In this document: positions 35,970 to 42,812 of the stretch, one piece after another
Numbering within the stretch: position 1 is the stretch's first letter
How the letters are laid out: every line of letters begins with the position of its first letter
Assembly (NCBI GenBank): GCA_038748685.1
Contig: JBCDIS010000003.1
Location: 30,437-94,436 of the forward strand
Direction: 5' to 3'
Length of the DNA stretch: 64,000 nt
DNA from: Acidobacteriota bacterium
Lineage (GTDB): Bacteria > Acidobacteriota > Thermoanaerobaculia > Multivoradales > J023
Notes under the pieces: model-generated
The model's database searches: none
Told to the model about the DNA's origin: nothing
Seen by the model: the letters and a program-made list of their open reading frames with translations, nothing else
Translations under genes and position numbers: made by a program

Positions 35970-36220
35970 TTACGGTAAACAGCGGTTGGATGGGTAAGGG
36001 TGCTGCCGTCGGCGGGCGGTGGTGTGCCGAGCTCAGTTCGACGGCTGGGATCCCGCAGATTCCGCGCCGGTGGGTTGTGTTCCTCGAAATCGCCCGCCAT
36101 ACGGTCGGTCGATTCTGAGGACGAAAACCAGGGGGGCGGAGCCGTCGTTGCGATGCCGAAATTCGCCTTAGGGACTCTGGCATCCCCGTCTATAGGGACG
36201 CGGAGGAGAGGCGAAATGGC

Positions 36221-36283
36221 TTATTGAGAATGGATCCCGTCTGAGCTGCTGGTATTCTGGACTTCATCGGTCCTCATTGTCAA
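36221..36283 (-). promoter_or_regulatory. Candidate sigma70 promoter (TTGACA-18-CAGAAT) with a downstream partial Fur-like box
   Basis: -35 at 36278-36283, -10 at 36254-36259. attgagaatggatccc at 36223-36238 matches only one half of a Fur box. Confidence 0.4.
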
Positions 36284-36343
36284 CAACAATCCACGGCAGG
36301 GCTCCAGATCTTTGGCTTTCTGCCTGACAGAGGTCTGAAAGAG

Positions 36344-36368
36344 CAAACCCCCGCCGGGCGGGGGTTTG
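36344..36368. terminator. Hairpin downstream of the haloperoxidase
   Basis: caaacccccgcc-g-ggcgggggtttg, a perfect 12-bp inverted repeat. Confidence 0.65.
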
Positions 36369-36471
36369 TGCTGAGCCTAGGCCCGGGGCAGGCCACGGAC
36401 GCCATCCACGGCGCCCCGGGCTGCCTGCGGGCCGAGGCCGGGGTCCCCACGGCGATACCCGTGGGGTGTCC

Positions 36472-38454
36472 CTAGATCTGGACCGCGCCGCCGTCGAACA
36501 GGGGGACGGTCATGGTGAAGTCCTCCGGGTAGGTAAGCTTCTGCTCCTCCAAAAGCCCGAGGGCGATCTGCTCCCCCATCCGCATCGACTCGATGTAGTC
36601 GGTGTAGAAGTGAACGCCGGCCCAGTTGCGGCCGATGGCGATGTTGGCGGCGAGCTTGTTGAGCTCCCCCTCCACCGTCAGCGGCTCCGCCAGGTCCATT
36701 TGCAGCAGCTTACTGCCGTCCGCCGACGCCTCGTAGGCCACCGGCTGAGTTCGAGCGGCATCCTTGAAGAACTCCCCCGGGGTCCAACCGTGGTCGAAGT
36801 AGGCCTTGAGGATCGTGACGCAGGCTCCGGCGACGGTGGCGTGGCCGGCGCCGTAAGCAGGGTGCATCGGCGATCCCTCCGGGAAGGCCATGGGCAAGAG
36901 ATAGCTATCTTTCTTCCCCGACGGCTCGCCTGGGAAATGGGTGCTGTTGTTCTTGTGATTGTGCTTGCAGATCTTGCTGAGGAAGTCCCTTGCCGCGTCC
37001 CAAGGGAGACCTTCGAATTCGTCCATCAGCGGCTTCAGGGGAGCCAGCGGACCGGTCTGCAGGCCCGGCGTGTTCCGCCAGCGGTCGATGCGGGCTCCGA
37101 GGGCCTCCGGACGCAGACGCCGGTGGACATTGAACTTCTGATAGCGCACCGCTTTGAGTGCCCGGGTCGCGACCTCGGTGACCAGAGTGAGGACGTGGGG
37201 GCCGCCGAAGTGGGCGAAGCCCTGCTGGTGGTCGAAGACGTCGGCCTCGAGGAAGGGGATGCCGCGGTCGAAGGGGGCCTTCGCCGCCAGGAGGAACAGA
37301 CAGGCGTTGAGGTACGCCTCGTAGAGGGCGTCGAGGTGGACGTAGGTCGCCAGATCCCGGGGCGTCGTGATGAAGCGGTGTCCCTGGTCGCCGACCTTGC
37401 CGGGCTCGTAGGTCTCGGAATTGCGCAGGTCGGCGCCGTTCTGCACGTCGACGTAGGGATACCAGGCGGTGAGGTAGTCCTTGCAGGGGGTGGCGATCCG
37501 CACCTTCTGCTGGATGCCAATGGCGCCATATTGGATGAAGCCGTCGGTCTTCACTCGGGCCGGAGACCCGGGGTTCCCACCCTCCACCGAGGGGTTGCCG
37601 AGGAGCAGGAACTGCGACAGATAGGGCCCTACTCGCTCCCCGGGGGTAACGCCCCGGAAGAGGTCCGAGTCGTCCTCCGCCGGGAAGCGGCGACGGGCCC
37701 GGGCGTCGGCGTCGAGATCGAGGTCGACGTTCTTCTGGAACCAATCCATGCCGCGGAGCATCTCCCCGGCGTTGCCGAACGCGTCGGCGTGGAAGCAGTC
37801 AGCCTTCTTCGTTCTGTCGCGGGGCCGCTTCACCGGCTTGCCGCCGGAGGGTGGTAGGGGAAAGGTGTTGAAGGGGTGATCCCGCAGCAGGGCCATGGCA
37901 TAGACCTCGGCGATCTCCGCCACCAGCTCTTTGCTGTCGAACCGCGGCGCCGGCGGCATGGTGACCGCCTGGGCGTCGGGACCCTCCAGGTCGAGGACGT
38001 TGCCGGCGCCGGCGCTCTCCCAAGCCCGCACCCGCGCCCCTTTCTCCGTCGGCAAGGCATCTGACAGTGGATGCTTCTGGGCCACCTGAGATTTCCAGAT
38101 GCCGCTGCGGTCGTCGGTGTCGACGGTGATCTGCTCCCGGCTTGGGACGTTGGGCACGGAACGCAGCTCTCCCGGGCCGAGGGGGGTGCGCTGGAAATCG
38201 ATGGGATCGCCGGTCTGGATCCCGTGGACGAAGAGCTTGTAGTCCACCGCGTTGAGCAGCAGGCCGGTCTCCTCGTCGTGGGGCAGTCCCTTGGTGAAGT
38301 TGGCCACCATGCTGGGGGGGCGACCGGGCTTCGTGGGATCCCGGTAGGTCTGCTCTTCGTTGTTGTTGCGATGGCGGGGATGGGGACGGTCGGCGGCGAG
38401 TTGAGCCGCCCCTTCTCGGACATCCTGGGCCAGGTCTTTGCGTGCTCGATGCAT
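36472..38454 (-). CDS. Vanadium-dependent haloperoxidase (bromo/iodoperoxidase type, PAP2 superfamily)
   Basis: Start MHRARKD with GGAGGGAG RBS, 660 aa. Vanadate-site motifs KFNVHRRLRPE, HPAYGAGHATVAG, ELNKLAANIAIGRNWAGVHFYTD. Confidence 0.92.
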   Translation of the reverse strand: MHRARKDLAQDVREGAAQLAADRPHPRHRNNNEEQTYRDPTKPGRPPSMVANFTKGLPHDEETGLLLNAVDYKLFVHGIQTGDPIDFQRTPLGPGELRSVPNVPSREQITVDTDDRSGIWKSQVAQKHPLSDALPTEKGARVRAWESAGAGNVLDLEGPDAQAVTMPPAPRFDSKELVAEIAEVYAMALLRDHPFNTFPLPPSGGKPVKRPRDRTKKADCFHADAFGNAGEMLRGMDWFQKNVDLDLDADARARRRFPAEDDSDLFRGVTPGERVGPYLSQFLLLGNPSVEGGNPGSPARVKTDGFIQYGAIGIQQKVRIATPCKDYLTAWYPYVDVQNGADLRNSETYEPGKVGDQGHRFITTPRDLATYVHLDALYEAYLNACLFLLAAKAPFDRGIPFLEADVFDHQQGFAHFGGPHVLTLVTEVATRALKAVRYQKFNVHRRLRPEALGARIDRWRNTPGLQTGPLAPLKPLMDEFEGLPWDAARDFLSKICKHNHKNNSTHFPGEPSGKKDSYLLPMAFPEGSPMHPAYGAGHATVAGACVTILKAYFDHGWTPGEFFKDAARTQPVAYEASADGSKLLQMDLAEPLTVEGELNKLAANIAIGRNWAGVHFYTDYIESMRMGEQIALGLLEEQKLTYPEDFTMTVPLFDGGAVQI

Positions 38455-38674
38455 GGTACTCCCTCCGAGGTCGAGGCTGGGTGACGGCCGGCGGACGGTC
38501 CGACGGCCGGCTGGGCACGGGCGACCGCCCACGGGCGACCGCCGAGGGATCCGTCGCCCTCCGTGGGCGCGGTTCCCCTATCGCCCGGGTAGACGGACTC
38601 CTCCAGCGGTTTCCCGCCATCCCATCTCCCCGACCGCGACGAAGGAGCCGGAGCCCCGACCCGCGGGGAGGTAC

Positions 38675-40258
38675 CTACTCGGCCGCGGCCTCCCTCGCGG
38701 GGGGCGCCTTCCAGTCGATCGGCGGCAGCTCGATCTGATCCGGCAGGGCCGACATGTCCCCGGTGCCGACGAACTTCAGGATCGCTTCACGGAATCCCTC
38801 GGTGTCCCGCAGCACCTCCCCCACCGCGCCGTGGCTACCGCCGTCGACCTGGATCAGCTTGCCGGCCTTGAAGTAGGGCGCGAGCTCCAGGGCATTTTCC
38901 AAGGGGGTCGACACGTCCCAATTGCCGTGGACGAGGACCGTCGGGATGTGGGTCTCGAAGTTCTGACGGAAGGCGTCGCCGAGGTCGGTGTCCCAGATCG
39001 GGCACGCGGCATCGTAGAACCAGCCCAGCTCGCCGACGACCTTGGCCCCCGGATCCTGGAGCACCCGCTCATGGCGGGCGGGGGTGATTCCCGAACCGCA
39101 GTCCAACATGAAGAAGCTGGCGGTGGGGGCCCGGATTCCGCTGCGCACGTGCTTGGCCGCCCTGCTGAAGTCCCCGTGGTAGAGCTCGAGGACCTCCGTC
39201 GGCCAGTCGGCGACGTCCCAGCGGGACCGCGCGCTCCCCGTGTAGCCGGACGTCATGCCCCGGAGGTCGTCGGCGTCGAGGACCACGGTGCGGGCCTCCT
39301 CGTCGTCCGTCGCCGGCACCTCGATGGTCACCGGCTCCTTCTCGGCCCGGGCGATCACGGTACGCAGCGCTTCGATCAGCCCCCCTTCAGGAACGTGGGG
39401 CGCCACCGCGGAGGACGCCTCTGCGGCGGCGGCCATCCGTTCGAGGGCCTTGAGCACGTCACCGGGCATGTCATAGGTGTGGTCAGGGCCTTCGAGGCCC
39501 CCGAGCACGGCCCGGGCCACGATCTCCGGGTGATTCCGCATCAACGTCATCGCCCAGTGGCTCCCGAAGCTGCCCCCCCACAGGGTGATCGTCTTGTAGC
39601 CGAGGGCGCGGCGGATGTCGTCGACATCGGCGGCGGCCTGGTTCACGTTGAAGCCGGTGAGGTCGAGCCCCTGCTGCTCCCAGAACGCTTTGCAATTGCG
39701 GACGGTCTCCTTCACGACCTCCACCGCCTGCGCCCGATCCATGGTGTTCTCCGAAGGCCGATCCTCCGGCAGCCGGCAGGCGGTGTCCGGTCGCGACGAG
39801 CCGATGCCCCGCTGGCCCACCACGACGAGATCCGCCACGCTCGCCAAGGACCCCAGGAGATGCTCGTAGTAGCGGGACCTCTCAAGGGCGCCGGACAGAC
39901 CCGGCCAGCCCGGGCCGCCGTGGAGCAGGAACACCGGCGGCGTGCCGGGGGTAGCTTCGGGCCCCGCCTTGAAGCGGTAGATCTCGACGGAGATCACCCC
40001 CGATTCCGGCCGTTCGCGGTTCGTGGGAACGAAGATCAGCCCCCGCTCCGCCTCGACCTGACCACCGTCTTCGAAGGTGATCCGTTCCGGCTGCAGGAAG
40101 AGGCTGCCCGGGGCGGGGGGAGCTCCGATGGCGGACGGCGGGGTCTCCGCGACGGCCACGACGGGCAGGAGAACGAAGGACGCCAGCGCGACGGACATCG
40201 ACACAAAGGACGCCAACACGAAAGACGGAGCGGGGGCTCGGTGAAGCATGGGGGGCAC
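38675..40258 (-). CDS. Secreted alpha/beta hydrolase (TAP-like peptidase/esterase)
   Basis: Signal peptide, LLHGGPG, LVVVGQRGIGSS, nucleophile WGGSFG, GNWDVSTP, GGSHG. Confidence 0.88.
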   Translation of the reverse strand: MPPMLHRAPAPSFVLASFVSMSVALASFVLLPVVAVAETPPSAIGAPPAPGSLFLQPERITFEDGGQVEAERGLIFVPTNRERPESGVISVEIYRFKAGPEATPGTPPVFLLHGGPGWPGLSGALERSRYYEHLLGSLASVADLVVVGQRGIGSSRPDTACRLPEDRPSENTMDRAQAVEVVKETVRNCKAFWEQQGLDLTGFNVNQAAADVDDIRRALGYKTITLWGGSFGSHWAMTLMRNHPEIVARAVLGGLEGPDHTYDMPGDVLKALERMAAAAEASSAVAPHVPEGGLIEALRTVIARAEKEPVTIEVPATDDEEARTVVLDADDLRGMTSGYTGSARSRWDVADWPTEVLELYHGDFSRAAKHVRSGIRAPTASFFMLDCGSGITPARHERVLQDPGAKVVGELGWFYDAACPIWDTDLGDAFRQNFETHIPTVLVHGNWDVSTPLENALELAPYFKAGKLIQVDGGSHGAVGEVLRDTEGFREAILKFVGTGDMSALPDQIELPPIDWKAPPAREAAAE

Positions 40259-40324
40259 CTCTTGGTTGAGAAGGGCGCAGATGTTATCAAAACCCCTGCG
40301 CCCGTTCCCCGCCGTGCCCCGCCG

Positions 40325-41266
40325 TCACCGGAAGCGGGTCGCCAGGGTCTCGATCAGCAGTTGGACCGCCATGTGGGGGGTCAGCTCGGCGGGGTCGAGG
40401 TACGGATTGACCTCGACGAGGTCGACCCCCACGAGCCGACCCCGCTCCCCTAGCCGGGTGAGGATGCGCTTCACTTGGGTGAAAGTCAGGCCCTCCGCCT
40501 CCGGGCTCTCGGTCCCCGGGCAAATCGACGGATCGAGGCCGTCGATGTCGATGCTGACGTAGTAGTTTCCGAGATCGTCCGGGATCTCGTCGAAGAGGGC
40601 GTCGACGCCGCGGTCGAAGACGTCGTAGTTGGAGAACACCAGATTGCCGTGCTCCCGGCTCTCCTGCAGTTCCTGCCCCGTCGACTTGATACCGCGGATG
40701 CCGAAGCTCAGGATCTGCTCCACGAATGGAAGCTCGTGGGCGCGCCGGAAGGGGCTGTTGTTGGTGTACTTGAGGCCCGCGACGTCGTATTTGTAGTCGA
40801 GGTGGGCGTCGATCAGGATGATCCGGAGGGGGCCGTACTTCTCGTAGGCCCGCAGCACGGGGTAGGAAATCGAGTGGTCGCCGCCGAGGACCATCGGCAC
40901 GGCGCCCCGGTCGAGGATGGTCCCGACGCTCTTCTTCACGAGGTCGAAGTTGCGATCCTGGCTGTAGTACAGCACGTCGACGTCCCCAACATCGACGATC
41001 CGGGTACCGGCCATGACGTTGCGGCCGCGGTTGATGTCGAAGAATCCCGTCGATTCGCGGCCCCGACCGAGGAAGCCGAAGCGGGTGGAGGCGTCGCGGA
41101 TGGCCCGGGGGGCCTGCCGCGAGCCCGGCCGCATGGCGGTGGCGCCGTCGTAGGGGATGCCGAGAACGGCGACGTCGGCGTCGAGGCGGTCCAGGTCGGG
41201 CTCGTAGGGGGATTTGCAGAAGGTGGCGATGCCGGAGTGCGGCATCGCGGTCGCTTGGTAGGCCAT
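40325..41266 (-). CDS. Agmatinase/ureohydrolase (arginase family)
   Basis: Start MAYQATAM with CCAGGAG RBS, 313 aa. GIPYDG, RPGSRQAP, GGDHSISYP, DAHLD, SIDIDGLDPSICPGT. Confidence 0.92.
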   Translation of the reverse strand: MAYQATAMPHSGIATFCKSPYEPDLDRLDADVAVLGIPYDGATAMRPGSRQAPRAIRDASTRFGFLGRGRESTGFFDINRGRNVMAGTRIVDVGDVDVLYYSQDRNFDLVKKSVGTILDRGAVPMVLGGDHSISYPVLRAYEKYGPLRIILIDAHLDYKYDVAGLKYTNNSPFRRAHELPFVEQILSFGIRGIKSTGQELQESREHGNLVFSNYDVFDRGVDALFDEIPDDLGNYYVSIDIDGLDPSICPGTESPEAEGLTFTQVKRILTRLGERGRLVGVDLVEVNPYLDPAELTPHMAVQLLIETLATRFR

Positions 41267-41378
41267 GGGGTGTCGCTCCTGGTCGTTGGATGACCAGGAT
41301 ACGGGTATCCCCCTTCGGCGGATCCACCCCGCGGTCTGGCCCGGGGCCCCGCACCCCAGGCCAGGGCCTTCCGCAGCT

Positions 41379-41834
41379 TCACTGCGTTTGCTTTTCGATC
41401 TCGGGGGCCGCGTCGCCGGGCCGTAGCTCTCGGCGCAGCCTGGCCAGTTCCGGCTCGACCTCGCCCTCCGGCACCAGAGACCCCAGGATCCGAGCGGCCG
41501 CCGCGTCCTCCCCCAGGGCGACGTGGGCCGCGACGGCTTGGTGGGGAACGGCTGAGCGTCCCTTTCGCAGACTCGTTCCCACAACCTTGCGGAAGCTTTC
41601 GAGGGCATCGCGGTCTCGACCCGCTTCGGCGTGGGCCATCCCTAGACGGTCCCAGGCCCATTGGCTGTCCGGCAGCACCTCCGTCAGCCGGCCGAAGGCC
41701 TCCAGGGCCTGCGAGACGCGGCCTTCCCGAAGGTGCCGGGTCCCATCCCGGTTAAGGGCGGCGACGCTTTCCTGTAGGTGGGGCCGCTGCGCGGCGGGGG
41801 CCTGAGCGATGTTTAAGGTCGAGTGCCGTCTCAT
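41379..41834 (-). CDS. Short TPR-like protein whose first ~21 codons are homologous to the giant-protein N-terminus
   Basis: 151 aa. TPR-like GRVSQALEAFGRLTEVLPDSQWAWDRLGMAHAEAGRDRDALESFRKVV. Starts MRRHST like the gene at 57806. Confidence 0.65.
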   Translation of the reverse strand: MRRHSTLNIAQAPAAQRPHLQESVAALNRDGTRHLREGRVSQALEAFGRLTEVLPDSQWAWDRLGMAHAEAGRDRDALESFRKVVGTSLRKGRSAVPHQAVAAHVALGEDAAAARILGSLVPEGEVEPELARLRRELRPGDAAPEIEKQTQ

Positions 41835-41929
41835 CTGCCGTCTCCCTTGGAGCCTGTCTCGGGGATGGGCCCCAATCTAGGTTGGGGTCCATTACCTTGC
41901 AGGGCGGGACTCGGCAGAAATCTCTCTCA
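41771..41929 (-). repeat. Duplicated ~160-bp leader + 5' coding segment (paralog at 57743-57900; partial copy at 48737-48757)
   Basis: aaggtcgagtg(c/t)cgtctcatctgccgtctcc matches at 30 of 31 nt between 41815-41845 and 57787-57817. Similarity extends ~95 nt upstream and 63 nt downstream of the ATG. Confidence 0.85.
41865..41892. terminator. Hairpin downstream of partner gene 1
   Basis: atgggccccaa-tctagg-ttggggtccat (11 bp, one mismatch). No clear U-tract. Confidence 0.45.
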
Positions 41930-41954
41930 AGAGCTTCGGTCGGTTTGAGCCTCC

Positions 41955-42755
41955 CTATGCAGGGCCCCCATGTCGGACGGGGTAGACGCTAAAGAAGTAA
42001 GTCTGGAGCGTCGGGTCGTAGAAGAGCACCCACGAAGTGAGTACATCGACCGCCGACATCACCTCTCCAAGAAGCTCCCGACCCGTTCGACCTTCGCCTC
42101 CCACCTCCACGAACGTATGGTGGAAAGGTTCGATCATTACCAATCCAAGGGAGAACTCGGTCGACGAGGTCCGATTGATCGCCTTCTCGATCTCATGAAT
42201 GGTTTCCATCACGGTACGGCGGGCCCTGGGAAACTCCAACGACCGATCGAGCAAAGAGACATGCTCGATCCAGTCCCCGCGCTCGTCCCGCGCCTGCTGC
42301 GGTAGCACATGGAGCATGTCGCCATCGCGACGCAGCTCGTAGGCCACACCAGTATTACCGCGCTCGTAGACCGCCAAGAGCTCCTCGACCAGATCGAACC
42401 GGGCGCCGAACCCTCCCTCGATCCGCTGCCGCGGGTAGGAAAAACGGAGGGGCTGTACCCGGGGAATCCTCAGGGGCGGATGGAGACCTTGTGCCACCCG
42501 TTCGACCGCCCCCTGCACCCCGGCCGTCTGATCCTCGAGATCGTCGGGGTGGGACCACCGCGGATCCTCGTAGGTGATCACCCAGCCGTGTCGGTCCGAC
42601 AGATCACGCAGCGCCACCGAAAGGGGCCGCGGCTCCACAATCTCCAAGGTGATCTCGTCCTTCGCCGGCTCGGCCGCTGTGCAAGGGGAGAGGACGACGA
42701 GGCAGGTAAGAGATACGGCAAAGGCTCGAATGAAAGAGGGTTTGGATCGTCCCAT
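41955..42755 (-). CDS. Secreted partner protein 1 (paralog of 50424..51311; possibly tandem STN/N0-like domains)
   Basis: ATG 42755 with AAGGAG RBS, signal peptide. Shares EPRPL...ITYED and SW-x-LFYDP...YFF motifs with the paralog. The fold assignment is inference. Confidence 0.8.
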   Translation of the reverse strand: MGRSKPSFIRAFAVSLTCLVVLSPCTAAEPAKDEITLEIVEPRPLSVALRDLSDRHGWVITYEDPRWSHPDDLEDQTAGVQGAVERVAQGLHPPLRIPRVQPLRFSYPRQRIEGGFGARFDLVEELLAVYERGNTGVAYELRRDGDMLHVLPQQARDERGDWIEHVSLLDRSLEFPRARRTVMETIHEIEKAINRTSSTEFSLGLVMIEPFHHTFVEVGGEGRTGRELLGEVMSAVDVLTSWVLFYDPTLQTYFFSVYPVRHGGPA

Positions 42756-42812
42756 CACAGGCTCCTTGTGCTTGATGAAAACCGAGGCGACTTCGCGCTA
42801 CCCGCGCTCAAG

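Noticed and set aside
35970-36340. Cobalamin riboswitch upstream of the TonB receptor
   Set aside because: No B12-box or conserved core recognisable by eye. The receptor looks siderophore-type.
38438-40453. Other long antisense or alternative-frame ORFs (e.g. 38438..40453, 60291..62423, 10843..12537, 4563..5942, 8443..9033)
   Set aside because: Each overlaps a gene with clear family motifs and reads as Arg/Gly/Pro-rich shadow sequence.
36472-41266. Haloperoxidase, hydrolase and agmatinase as one biosynthetic operon
   Set aside because: Co-oriented, but there is a 220-bp gap, different predicted compartments, and no scaffold-building enzymes.
41267-41380. Guanidine riboswitch upstream of the ureohydrolase
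   Set aside because: No twin ACGR hairpins or ykkC consensus seen. Only the SD-containing stem is reported.
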